NCBI GenBank assembly: GCA_027923505.1
Contig: BROI01000001.1
Coordinates: forward strand, 2,108,001-2,172,000
DNA from: Mayamaea pseudoterrestris
Lineage: Eukaryota
Direction: 5' to 3'
DNA: 64,000 nucleotides
Program-made: the position numbers and the translations under genes
Notes under the pieces: generated by a model
The model's database searches: none
Told to the model about the DNA's origin: nothing
What the model saw: only the letters and a program-made list of their open reading frames with translations
Shown here: positions 10,802 to 23,021 of the stretch, one piece after another
Position numbering within the stretch: the stretch's first letter is position 1
Layout of the letters: the number at the start of each line of letters is the position of its first letter

Positions 10802-11629
10802 CTACAGTGGAGCCATGTCGGCCAAAATGGCAAGCATCTCGTCTTCGTCCATGTCGCCGCCTTCGTCTGCCCCTGCTACCGACAATTTTACACCATCAAC
10901 CTTTTCATCTTCTACCAGTGCTGCGGTAGCAGCATAATCTTGCATCAACTCCTCCACGTTGACTGTGTTTCCATCATTGTCGCGCGGCGTCGGCGGATTC
11001 AACCAAAACGAGCCAGGCGTGGCAACGTCCTGCAGCCACACGTTTTCAAAGTCGTGTATGACGGCATCCGCCAAATTATTGTCCGTCAAACTCAGGACGC
11101 GACATCCAGTGGCTCGCGCCGCTCTCGTTTGATGAAGCGTCGTGCCAAAGACAACGACGCGTGACATTAAGGGGAAACGAGGCGGTTCCGCTCGTTGCGC
11201 GGCGGCAAAGCCGGAGGAACCTCCAAACGGCTGGGGTTGTATTTCAATGGAGTGAATCGCTTGCCATAAATCCTTTGGATTGGGAGGAGGGCTTGTTTCT
11301 TGGTGAAACATGATGCAGCTCGACTTTGTCGTCGTTGCTTGGTACCTTTGAATGGCCGTCTCGGAATATCCAATCGCAAGCACCAAGGTTTTGGTTTCGC
11401 GGCACTCGTCCAGCAAGTCGCCTAGTCCATTCGTTTCCAGTGACAGTTCCGGCCCATATATAACGATGGCTTCTGGATAGTCAATGTTTCGAACCATGCC
11501 AAGTGCGACGAAAGAATGATCATGAATGAGTCGGTGCCGTCTCGACGCAAGGAACGCATGGCAAATGTCGATGAGCATGAAAGTGAAAGCGCAAGCAACC
11601 CTTGTCATTCTCTCAGTATACATCATCAT
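10802..11629 (-). CDS. Putative plastid-targeted HAD-fold-like hypothetical protein
   Basis: Signal-like N-terminus ending CHA-F. PPPNPKDLWQAI and VVVFGTTLHQTRAARATGCRVLSL resemble HAD motifs III/IV. Confidence 0.5.
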   Translation of the reverse strand: MMMYTERMTRVACAFTFMLIDICHAFLASRRHRLIHDHSFVALGMVRNIDYPEAIVIYGPELSLETNGLGDLLDECRETKTLVLAIGYSETAIQRYQATTTKSSCIMFHQETSPPPNPKDLWQAIHSIEIQPQPFGGSSGFAAAQRAEPPRFPLMSRVVVFGTTLHQTRAARATGCRVLSLTDNNLADAVIHDFENVWLQDVATPGSFWLNPPTPRDNDGNTVNVEELMQDYAATAALVEDEKVDGVKLSVAGADEGGDMDEDEMLAILADMAPL

Positions 11630-11843
11630 CGTATTGATTATCTATATGAATGTAGTGGTAGCGTACCAGTAGCTGCATCGGCCATGGGCAAAAAATAAAT
11701 GAATGTGACCGTCTCTTTCGGTCATGTCGCATTGGGTACCGCTATGACTTCGAGTCAGTCACGAAGCGAGTTCGCTTCGACCATGATGTGAATGCGATCT
11801 TTTTCGACCACAAAACGACAGCGTGCCACGACGAAAAAGACCC

Positions 11844-13968
11844 ATGATGAACCATTCATCGACGCGTCTGCTGCTCCAGCATGGCAAGCGGTCAATGTTT
11901 GTAAGTGTAGTGTGTCGAGGGGAAGTTGGTAAGGCTGTGAATCCATCGCTCAACTCACGACATCATCGCCTTCTTTCCTCCACTCGGCTTGACGAAACAG
12001 AAGCATGTTTCAGCAACAAGTACTCGACTTCTATCTACAACAGCAACGAATCCTCCCTTATTCAATCTCGATGCCGACCCCGCCATTGTCAAAGTCCGTT
12101 TCCGAAAGCTCCTCGAGGAGGAGCGCCAGCAGGCGCTACTGGGTGGTGGTCAAGCGCGCATCACCAAGCTCCACGCTCGCGGAAGCTTGACGGCGCGGGA
12201 GCGACTCGAACTACTGTTTGATCCAGGATCGTTTCAGGAAATTGATCAGCTTAAGGCGCATCGCTGCATGGAGTTTGGAATGGATCAGCAAAAGTACCCT
12301 GGTGATGGTGTCGTGACGGTGAGTGTCAAGAGTGTACTCACTCTGCGCTTGCATACTGAAGGAGCGTCCTGTGAAATGACATCTGGTGATGGATGGCTTT
12401 ATAAGAAGCGACCATACATGTATGCGAGCGATTCATTGTATGAGTTAATTTTGATGGACGTGTCTCAATCGCCACTTTCCCATCAATCATTACAAATCTA
12501 CTGCAGGGTCACGGAACTGTCAATGGACGTATTGTTTACGCCTTTTCGCAAGATTTTACGGTACTTGGAGGGTCCTTAAGTGAGACTCACGCACAAAAGA
12601 GTAAGTTCGTTGCCTAGTGTCAGTCTTAAGTGTGATGTTTCGTCGTAAACTGCTGACATTCTTCACCTACTGTCATGCGTCACTAGTTGTCAAAACCATG
12701 AACATGGCTCTTCGCGTCAAGGCTCCAGTCATTGGCCTAAATGACTCTGGCGGCGCTCGCATTCAAGAAGGTGTCGATTCCTTGGGAGGTTATGCTGATG
12801 TGTTTCAGCTTAACGTTGATGCATCCGGAGTTATTCCACAGCTCTCGGTGATCATGGGGCCATGCGCCGGAGGAGCAGTCTACTCTCCCGCCATGACTGA
12901 CTTTATCTTCATGACAGAAAACACGAGCTATATGTTTGTCACGGGTCCGGAAGTCGTCAAGACGGTGACGAATGAAACGATTGACAAGGAAGGTCTGGGA
13001 GGTGCATCGGTTCACACGGCCAAGAGCGGCGTCGCGCACGGGTCGTTTGCCAACGACGTAATGGCGTTGCGAGCGATGCGGTCGCTTTTGGATTTTTTGC
13101 CCAGCTCCAATGACAGGTCAACTCTGCCGATCAAGGAAGTGACGGACGATCCGAACCGTCTCGTCCCCGAGGTTGAGCTTCTTGTTCCATACGATCCAAA
13201 CACACCCTATGACATGAAAGATGTCGTTCGTCGCATCGTAGATAATGGAGACTTGTTTGAAATAATGCCAGATTTTGCGCAAAACATTGTCACCGGTTTT
13301 GCGCGCATGGAAGGACGGACAGTCGGAATTGTGGGAAATGTAAGTGGGGTTTATATCTATGAGTTACTGTCACGTCTGGTTCTTGCACATAACTTGGCTA
13401 ACGTGATTATTGCTGCGTGCAGAACCCTCTTACTCTGGCGGGGTGTCTTGACATTGACTCGAGCACAAAAGCTGCCCGCTTTGTCCGCTTCTGTGATGCT
13501 TTCAATATTCCACTAGTAACATTTGTTGACGTTCCAGGCTTTTTGCCAGGCACTGATCAAGAGCATGGTGGCATCATTCGCAATGGCGCAAAGCTTCTGT
13601 TCGCGTATGCCCAAGCGAACGTTCCAAAAGTGACGGTAATTACTCGAAAGGCGTATGGCGGTGCATACGATGTCATGTCAAGCAAGCATTTGCGTGGAGA
13701 TGTCAATTACGCCTGGCCTGGTGCAGAAATTGCCGTAATGGGCGCTAAAGGTGCTGTTGAAATTATTTACGGCGGCAAGAATGCGGCGCAACATACGGTT
13801 GAGTACACGAAACGGTTCGCAAACCCGTTGGTTGGTGCTCAGCGGGGCTTTATCGACGATATCATTCACCCGAAGGACACTCGCAGACTCTTATGTAATG
13901 ATCTCCGTGTCCTCCGAACGAAAGACCTTCCAAACATTCCACGGAAGCATACGAACATGCCTTTGTAA
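11844..13968 (+). CDS. PCCB: Propionyl-CoA carboxylase beta chain (mitochondrial), exons 11844-11900, 12001-12318, 12507-12600, 12687-13339, 13423-13968
   Basis: [76 protein letters not shown]. All introns are GT-AG and restore the frame. Confidence 0.95.
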
Positions 13969-14107
13969 AGCACAATATACACGATGTTGAGATATAAACA
14001 TTTTTAATAGTAAGCTTGTAACCCGGAGCGAACTAGTTGATACAGCCATATAAACATCGTTTGTTACTTTTATGACGTAAGCTTTAGTGTCACACTCTGG
14101 CGACATG

Positions 14108-17031
14108 CTATTCCCATCTGTTCCAGCCGGAAGTTTTGTGCGAAGGCAAGGGGATATTCGGTAAGTCTTTTGGTACGCGGCCAGTACCAGCCAAAGTTTG
14201 AAGCCATAAGCTAATCGTCGCCAAGGCATCACATGCCATGATTCTTATATCGGTCGAAGAATCTGGATGATGCGCGAGATGGACCAGCGTCGCCACAACA
14301 TTCTTAGTATTGGTGATCGCCACTACTGCTCCTGGTTCGGTGCTGACATTGTATAGAAACGCAACCGAAGCCTCTCGCTCTTCTGCTTTGTTGCGAAGAG
14401 CACAAACAGTAATTTTGCTGAGTACTGCTTCTGTCGCCAGTAGAGCCTTGCTGGATGAGTCTGCCGACATGTTTTGAAGCGAGCGTAGAGCGAATATGCG
14501 ATCTACTTCGACTGGTGAATCAGCTGCTTCTATAAGTATCTCCACTAGGCCTGCGTAGCGAGTTAGAAAACTTGTGTTTGAAGGGAAGCGGGTCAAATTG
14601 CTGATTATTTCGAGACATTTTGAATGAAGCTGATTTTCAGTTTCACCCGCCACCTGTACCAGGGACTCGACAACCTTGGAATCCGAGCAAAGGTGACTCT
14701 GTGGTAAAAGAGGGTAATAAACGGTCAGTTGAATTGTTATTCTGCAGATCTTCACGCGTGCATGTCACACAAGCGACTTACCGAGACGGCGCAGTGCTTG
14801 GATAAGTGTAGTAGTACGGCACACGCGTTCGATCTCGCTTTTGGAAGAAATTCTGCAATTTTTTCTGCAACCTTCTGTTTGTGTGTCTTGTGTTCTTGAT
14901 CGGATAATCTTTCTTTACTTTCAATGATTCGCGACTCGTGGCCGTAAGTGGAAGCTTCAGACAAAGTCGAATTGTCGGACGATATGCTCTCATCGTCGGT
15001 TTCTCTACCGCGGCTGTCATTTTCTTCGTCGTGCTGACTATGACTGTGCTCGTTCTCGCTGTCCTCTGATTCTGATGCCGATCCTGATTTCTCGTAGCTT
15101 CCAAGGCCATTCGTAGAATGAGACAGCTCAGATTCTTTAGAAGCAAAGCTATCGAGTTTGTCGAGCGACTGATCATAGGCATCGCCTTTCAGAACACCGG
15201 CCAAAAGAGATAGAAGCCCTTCCATGCTAGCCATGGGTTCGCGACATTCGGCTGTTTTGGCGAGAAATGCAAGCGCCATGCAAGCAAGTGCACGAGCCTC
15301 GCCGCGGTCTTCGCGAATGACCTTGGCGAAGCACTCCATGTTGCCAGCATGCATGAGAACGTGGATTCGGTTGTCTCTCGGCTCACAAACATTCTTAAGG
15401 CAAGCTATGGCCCGTGTTCGTGCAGTCAAGGCAAGCTCGTGGTCATCATTTATCGGAATGTCCTGGTTGGCGGCAAAAACTAGTGCCTCCAAAAAGCTGT
15501 CAGTGCGAGCAAGCGTCAACTGATTCTTCTTTTGCCCCGTCAAGACCTTAAGTGCTCCACAAGCATTGCTGCGACGGGCGAGAGAGTTGCCCATGGCAGC
15601 GACTATGAGCTGTCGCAGATCACTCTTGGGTCTAACCCAGCGAATAGGAAAGTCTGGAGTTCCTAAGGCATGCTCGGCAATCATTTCTGCTGCCACGCGC
15701 GGGCGATTTGGAGGCTTGATCACTGGAAACGTATCGCGGAAGCGAATCCGTCTCGACTTGCGATTGATGGTTTCTTCAACCTCTTTTACTTTTGCTTCCG
15801 CCTTTGATTCAAGATTTGGTTCAGGCTGTGGCTCTTTCTTCTTTGGCGGCTTGACTACAGGCTCTGGAAGTTCCTCGATTACTGGGCAGTTCCAAGGCAC
15901 GACTAAATGCAAATTAGAATCATCTTCCTTCTTTTCATCATCCATTTCCTCGTGCAATGGAGCACCTTCGAGTAACGGAAGCTCTGGAGGTGGACTCCTG
16001 TTCAATGAGTTGGAAGTGAGAAAGACGGATTTGAAAGTTTCTCGACGCTCCTTCAATGTGTCCAATATTGCTCGTGCTCGTTGAGCATTTCGCGTCCCAC
16101 CAAGCGAAGTACCAATGGATGCAGCATCATGGTCTGAAGACGCCTTGTCGTTATTTATTTCTTCGTCGACTCGCGTCGCTGATAACGCATTCAAGCTTCT
16201 TTCGTCCAGTCTTTGCACATTTTCTTGTCCGCCTCGCCTGTCAAAACTTTCCCAGCTGCTTGATCTCGGCACTCTATGCCGCGCCGGGATAGTTTCCACT
16301 GTCGTCGCTGGTGAAATTGATCGAAGTATACCAATGTCTCTGGTTCCAACCGTCGCTAGTGATTGGTCGTCTATGCCAGTAAAATCGTTGTGTCGAATTG
16401 GTGAGACGATATGCTGCTGCTTCTGGTCCCCGCAATCTTTAAACTCATCCGCAAAGTAATCAAACGCTGAGAATTCGTCTCCTCCGCTAAACAAGCTTAT
16501 TTGATCGTCTCGATGCATGTCATTAAATTCCTTCTGGAACTCCTCGCCGACTGCTCCCGCAGTGCGACGCTCATCCGAAGCGAAACTCCGAGCACCTAAA
16601 ATTTCGTCATCAACCAATCTACTAGCCAGACTTCCAATCCTTGGAGTCGCTGCACTTGGATCAGCTGCAGTCGCAACATGAGGTTTATGAACATGCATGG
16701 CATTCGCCGCCGCAGCCAATCGAGCAGCAGCAATCTCCTGCTCGACGCGTTTAATGATCGAGTCGGCGCTTGCCTCTGATTGACAAAAGCTTCCTGATCC
16801 AATGTCTTGTTCCACGTCGGAGAAGAATCGTTCCGATAGCACCTCAGAGTCTGGCGACAAAATGTCGTCCATCATGTTGGTCGAAATGTCCGACGTGTTT
16901 GCTCGGAGCGAGGTTGGTCGATTATTCCACTGAGGATTGTTATCGGTGGTGGCATCACTAGATGATGGGCTTGGATTGTTGCGAATAGGCGGAGTGGCCT
17001 TGTGAAACTTGTTTTCCCAGGGAAATGGCAT
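14108..17031 (-). CDS. Armadillo-repeat protein with long disordered N-terminus; intron 14699-14781
   Basis: ARM-like helices (RSNACGALKVL, RAIACLKNV, ALRSLQNMS, VAFLYNVS). The GTAAGT..CAG intron joins CAVS|SHLC. Confidence 0.75.
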
Positions 17032-17463
17032 GTTGCGGACGCGCAAGATTTTAAAGGTTGTTTAAAGTCTAAGGAGCTGGACGATTGCTTGATCGCTTGG
17101 ACACCAACAACTTCCTACCCAAGCTACTTGAGTCTAGACCTCTAAAAGTCTCTCGTTTGCACGTTGGCTCACGTTGTCCTGCCACGGTCACGATGATGGC
17201 AATGGTCGTCGCTCGTCCCTCGTGGTGGCGTCGCCAAGGCTTGTCGCCGGCCGATGTTTTGGCGATATCGAAACGCAAACTTTACTATAGTGTCAACAGT
17301 ACTTTGGATACCACTTCACTTTTGGCGCGAAAACTCGCGACGCACCTCAGCCGCCCATTCTTGGAAGGCTCGATTGACGCAAATCTTTCGACGGCGCATC
17401 TTTCGTGCGACCTCACTATTTGCATCACAACTGCTGTATTGCAATACCTCGTCTACAATTACT

Positions 17464-18396
17464 ATGCGGATATCAATAAGCATGACTCTACTCTCAAGCC
17501 TCGTTGCCTCGTCTACTAGAGCGTTTTCCCAAAGTGTGGCGTTTCGGTCGCAGCGCAGCCTTTTAACAGTGACGGCTCGCAGCCTCAGCTCACGAGGCGG
17601 TGGCAGCGAACCCATGCCGCATTCCGACGAGCAAATGCCATTCTATGCGCTCGGAATGAATTTAGCCATGCAAGTTGGTGGACAGAGTCAGCTCAAGACG
17701 TTGCTGGAGGATGATGAACTCGATCTTGTGTTGGAAGCCTTTTGCGACACGATTCGGGGAAGCAACGTTGTAGATGCTCGCACTGTATTGGAACGGTATG
17801 GACAAGATTTGAACAAGATTTTGGGGTCGCGAACGGATAACATTGTTGACCGCGTCAAGAAGGACGGAGAAGAATACATTGAAGGGTTCTTGGCGGCGAA
17901 CGATGACGCTATCAAGACGGCCAGTGGAATGGTGTACTGCGAAATGACCAAGGGAGAAGGCAAGCAACCGTCGCTTGGATCGACTGTTGAAGTCCACTAC
18001 CATGGAACCCTGACGGATGGAACCGTATTTGACAGTTCTGTGGATCGCGGACAGACTCTATCATTTCCACTTGGTGGAGTCATCAAAGGATGGTGAGTAA
18101 AGTTTAGCCATGCATGTCGGATGTCGGCACACTTCGCGGCGTATACTTAATCAAGATTCTTTATTCGCAGGCAAGAAGGTCTACAAATGATGCGAGAGGG
18201 AGGCAAGGCGACCTTGGTCATTCCTTCGGATCTTGCATATGGCGATGCTGGATCAGGCGAGGTACGATTTTTGGCTGCAAGCATTTCAATGCGCTTGGCA
18301 GCAACTCATGTTAACTGACCGCTAATCGTTTCCATACAGGTTATCCCTCCAGGCGCCACGCTAAAGTTTGAAGTCGAGCTCTTCAGCGTACAGTAA
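17464..18396 (+). CDS. FKBP-type peptidyl-prolyl cis-trans isomerase (FkpA/Mip-like), organelle-targeted; exons 17464-18092, 18171-18261, 18340-18396
   Basis: [51 protein letters not shown]. Confidence 0.92.
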
Positions 18397-18499
18397 CTGC
18401 TGCGAAACTCCCATCTCGATTACCGAGACGATACAGCTAATCAACATTTTAAACCGGACAAGCGTCCTTGATATCAATATCTGTTTTCGATATGAACTC

Positions 18500-19048
18500 T
18501 TACATATCCCCCTGCACGTCTCCGTCATCAATCAATCCCAAATAGTTCTCCTTGATAGTGCCAATGGCCGATATCGCTCCCTGCTCCACTGTTCGCCCCT
18601 TGATACGCAACCGTACTCCTGAGCCAGAACTAATCACAACCTCTTTGTCGTCGCTCACCCACGCATCTTTTTCTCCATCAAACCCATTAAACATGTCCTC
18701 TGGCATGCTATGCTTGCTGACAAAGATTCGCAGGGGTCCGCAAAAGGCAAAGAATCCAAGCGGATTGCATTGACTTACAACAGCGTCCAAAACTTCGTTC
18801 ATAAAGGGCCGCAGCAAGAGAGCAGTGTATTTTACTGTGAATACTACATTTCCTGTATCATATTCAATGATACCTGACTTGACTTGATTCTCTGGAATGT
18901 CGATCACGTTGACAACGAATCCGTAATTGGCCAAGGCCAAGCCTTCCACTTGTTCCTTGAGTAGACGGACAATGGTCTGCCGTAGTTTGGGTCCCATGTG
19001 CACCGGCTCAAGGGTTATTTCATGATCTAGTTCTTTGACGTAAAACAT
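18500..19048 (-). CDS. RPB7: RNA polymerase II subunit RPB7
   Basis: MFYVKELDHEITLEP, LRPFMNEVLDAVV, GPLRIFVSKHSMP, AIGTIKENYLG. Confidence 0.92.
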   Translation of the reverse strand: MFYVKELDHEITLEPVHMGPKLRQTIVRLLKEQVEGLALANYGFVVNVIDIPENQVKSGIIEYDTGNVVFTVKYTALLLRPFMNEVLDAVVSQCNPLGFFAFCGPLRIFVSKHSMPEDMFNGFDGEKDAWVSDDKEVVISSGSGVRLRIKGRTVEQGAISAIGTIKENYLGLIDDGDVQGDM

Positions 19049-19301
19049 GATAAGCAGATTCAATGGATATGCAAATCAAGGAGATGTAAAGCCATGGTTG
19101 CAATCGGATGGAGAGAGGTGCAATTTTAGTACCGCTACGATAGATATGTTGTCTCATCTAAAGTATCTTCCCTATCGCCGCTACAAGTACTTGTACAAGT
19201 ATCACGAAAGTACCACCAGACGTACATAAACCGTTTGATGATGTTACACCTATCGGTACATTAGATAGCTTTAAGGTGAGTTTTGATGAAGACTTCTTGC
19301 A

Positions 19302-20012
19302 TCAAAGCTTGGGCGCCTTGTTCTTCCACTGCAATCGGATCAGTCGAATGTTTTCTGGCTCATCAAGCTGCAAGTAATGATCCATGATATCCTCCGAATG
19401 CGTCCCCAAGTCATGAGTTGTAAAATGATTCAACGATATTGTAGTATACTCGGAGAGACTCGAAATTCCCATCTTATCCGATGCCTTTACTAATGCTGCT
19501 GCTTCGAGCCCTCGCGAATCGTCTTCGAGCACAAAGTCAATGGCATAGCAGCTACTGAGTTCCTTCAAATGACTAGCAACTGCCACATAGTATGTCATAA
19601 TGAATGGAAGGTAGACGACTCCATCCCTTTGCAGCATTTCTTTGGTCAGTGCGATCAACGTCTTGTAGATCCAAGCGGAACGAATATTGTTCTTTAGGTA
19701 GCGATCCGGCATGTTTCTCCAGTCAAACATGACTTGATCAAAGCGAACGCCTTCCCACTTTGTGTGGAACTCCTTTTGAAGCTTGCGATTGGTGATGCTG
19801 CAGTTGATATGCCGCTCATGATGGCTGTCTTGGATGGAACATGTGTACGCTTTGAAGTGACAAAGCGCCTCCAAAAGATCCAATCGCTGCGTATCAAGGT
19901 CCTTGGGATCCCGAAAGGTCATGAGAAAGCAGAGTACATTCTTTGGGGACTTGGCGGCTCGTTTTAGTGACACTCTTTGGGGAACTATGGCCCGGTTGCT
20001 GCTGCTCGTCAT
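19302..20012 (-). CDS. Hypothetical protein
   Basis: 236-aa ATG-initiated ORF between RPB7 and the GH99 gene. FDQVMFDW and LQRDGVVYLP are weakly methyltransferase-fold-like. Confidence 0.5.
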   Translation of the reverse strand: MTSSSNRAIVPQRVSLKRAAKSPKNVLCFLMTFRDPKDLDTQRLDLLEALCHFKAYTCSIQDSHHERHINCSITNRKLQKEFHTKWEGVRFDQVMFDWRNMPDRYLKNNIRSAWIYKTLIALTKEMLQRDGVVYLPFIMTYYVAVASHLKELSSCYAIDFVLEDDSRGLEAAALVKASDKMGISSLSEYTTISLNHFTTHDLGTHSEDIMDHYLQLDEPENIRLIRLQWKNKAPKL

Positions 20013-20588
20013 GTTGGAACGAGTGCGATATCGGATCCAGGTGTATGTTTTGCTTTCAATGCAGCGTTCCCTTGTGGCTGCAAATTAAGCTCTTTGCGAT
20101 TGAGAGATGCAGGCTTCGAGAAGTTCGTTACTCTACGTCTGCCGTCCTGAATTTCAAGTGCTCGGCCAATGGTTGACAGTCGATCGTCGATCACTCCAAC
20201 GCTGCGTCTTCGCTGAAAGGCGAGCTACAGCTGCAATAGTGTTGAGGTTAACAGTATGTTGGAGTAAGTTTGACACGATCGGCTGACGTCACCCGAAGTG
20301 ATTTCAATCTTGTGTGCGTTGCACGGGAGTGCGCGCTTTTGAAATTTTCATCGAACCTCGATCAACGCCGTATGGCAACTGCAACGACCAACTCTGTCAA
20401 CGCGATTCACTCTTGTCACTTGTGCATTGTTATCGTCGAAGGCTTTTCCATTCCAGACACGAACCTCTTCTCGTTCCTGCACCAAAGTTATCGGTCTCAT
20501 CTTTAGCAGCAGTCTTCTTTGTTCAACCGGTGGTATTTTCTCGAACAATTCGCCAACGTTTGCTATCTAAATATAAACAACCGCTACC

Positions 20589-22580
20589 ATGCGATGCATC
20601 AGATCCCTGCTCGTCCTGCAGTGGCTACTGGCAGTCGCATACATGACAGTGCACGCTAATGTCTTGGATGAGTTTGGCGCTGTTCAAGACATGGACGGAG
20701 ACGGGGATATAGACGAGTACGACGTCAAGAGTTGGGAGCAGCAAGTTCTATGGCACTCAGCGCTTGAGACTGTCAATGACTTGCCATGGTGGGTCGACGA
20801 GGAAGGTGAAACTGGGCATGATGGAGGAAGAAAGCTCAGCGATGAGGAGGAAACTAGCTTTTTACGCGAATTGGCACACAATGAGACAAGTCGTCGAACC
20901 AGGGTCAAGAGGAACAGGCTTCGTTTAAATACGAAAATAACGGAAGGATTTTGCTTACCTCCACCACGGGCTCTCTTTACGCCACAAGGTACCTGTCGTA
21001 GCAGAAAGCAGAGTTGTGGAGGTTCGAGTGGAAACTGCTGTTCAGGACTCGAATGTCGAAAAGGCAGGTGTAAAACAACGTGCATAGGTCCGGGGAGAGA
21101 GTGCGGCGCGACTACTATTTGCTGCAGTAAGCAATGCGTTAAATGCACGGAAGGTTGCGGAGACAAGTGTGGACTGGGAATTGAAAGTCCAAAGGATAAC
21201 ATCCAGGTGCGCCGATTTGGAGTGCAAATTATTTTTATTGGTGTTCATACCTGATCTCACACACTTCTTTCGCAGGCTTTCTACTATCCATGGTATTCTA
21301 ATGTCGACACGGACGGCAAATTCAGGCATTGGGCCATACCTGGCCGAGGCCAAGATGGAGGAGTATACGATCCTTTAAACAGAGATTTACCAGCCCACTA
21401 TTATCCAAGTCTCGGCGCTTACAGTCCAAACTCGCCCGACACGCTGAACCAGCATATGGAGTGGCTCAAGCGAGCTGGGATAGGTACTTTAATAATGTCG
21501 TGGTGGGGAATCAAGTCGTGGTGAGTGCTCTTAGCAGGTCGTTGCGCTCCTCCCACCGCCCAACTCATGCTCCACATGCTTGCCTTCAGGGAAGATTCAC
21601 TCACGTGGAAAATACTCAACGCCGCCGATGACCACCAGTTGAAAGTGGGTTTTTACATCGAGCCGTATGGAGGGGGCTACGTTGTGAATCCCGACTCGAA
21701 TGTGACTGCAGGGACCCGCACACCTCAGACTGCCAAAGAGGACGTCAAATACATTATCAACACGTATGGGTGTCATCGGGCCATGTACCGCCGCAAAGGT
21801 CGACCAGTCTTCATGTTCTTTGCGGCTCGTACGTATGATAACGGTAACCAAGCTGATTGGAAGCTGGCTTGGGATGAGCTGCACGCGGACGCCAGATACA
21901 ATCCCATTGTCATCGCCCACGACATAAACTTGAAGGTATGTTCGCTATCCCTTTCATAATTTTATCCAAACGTGACCTATTTCACTAAACAATTCTTCTC
22001 AGGACCGCATCATCAAGGGAGGTTGGGACGGAGGGCATGATTATGGTACAGAAGCTGCATTCAAAACGTCTGCCGGCTGGAAGACCCTGTCAGCATCCTA
22101 CGCTCTCGCGCAAAAGGTTTTCTACTTTACCGCCTCTCCCGGTTTTGACAATACCCGACTGAGTGACCCTGACAAACCTATTATCGGCCGTCAAAATGGA
22201 TTACTATATGACTATCTATGGAAGCGTGCGATTGAGTTAAGAGCCACTACGAACCCTGTCATCATCACATCATTCAACGAGGCAAGTACATTAGTCGCAT
22301 ATTGGTGTCATGACGCAAGTAATCTTGATTCTCACTCGCTGTTAATCGCTTGCCATAACCATCACAGTGGCACGAAGGAACGCACATTGAACCTGTTACT
22401 GCGACTACAATCTCTGCTTACAACTACAAGGGCCAAGATCGAAGCGAGTTTACCTATCAGGACTATGAAGGCGCGTACAGTATGACTGGCCCCAATGCAT
22501 CCTTTGCGTACATTGACGCGACGGCTTGCTACGCTAAACAGTATACAAGCATGGATGTTCCAGTTACGGCTTGCATATAG
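20589..22580 (+). CDS. GH99 endo-alpha-1,2-mannosidase/mannanase-like protein with N-terminal Cys-rich region; exons 20589-21206, 21276-21520, 21590-21935, 22003-22281, 22368-22580
   Basis: Spliced product contains AFYYPWY, HYYPSLGAYS, AGIGTLIMSWWG, FYIEPY and IITSFNEWHEGTHIEP, all GH99 hallmarks. Signal peptide present. Confidence 0.88.
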
Positions 22581-23021
22581 TGACTGCGAGGACGAATGCT
22601 TCTGCAAGTTGTGGCATTGTCCGCGGCGATCGACACCATCCGTCGTGGTCACAGCTTCTCATCCAGCAGGCAACAATGGGATACAATAATGTATCTCTTA
22701 GCATAGTTTATAACAACAAAGGAGTAGACCATCTAAATCATAGAAGGATGGGAAGCTACCCTTAGCGTGTTGTATGTTTTGCGCTGCTTCGAACTTTACT
22801 ATTAGCTCGATCCATCACGGGTAGTGCTGCGACATTGCGTGAATTGGTTTCGACATCACATTCTGTGAGAGGACGAGGACCATGGGCGCCATTTTTTGCT
22901 CTTGCAACGTTCGTACACGCCATAAACAGCATTACAACCCGTTGCATGTGTAGTTCAATGCCGTCTGAGTCAGAAGTTACGTTTGCTGACTGTGAAAGTG
23001 GTCGGAGCGTGCTAATTGACG

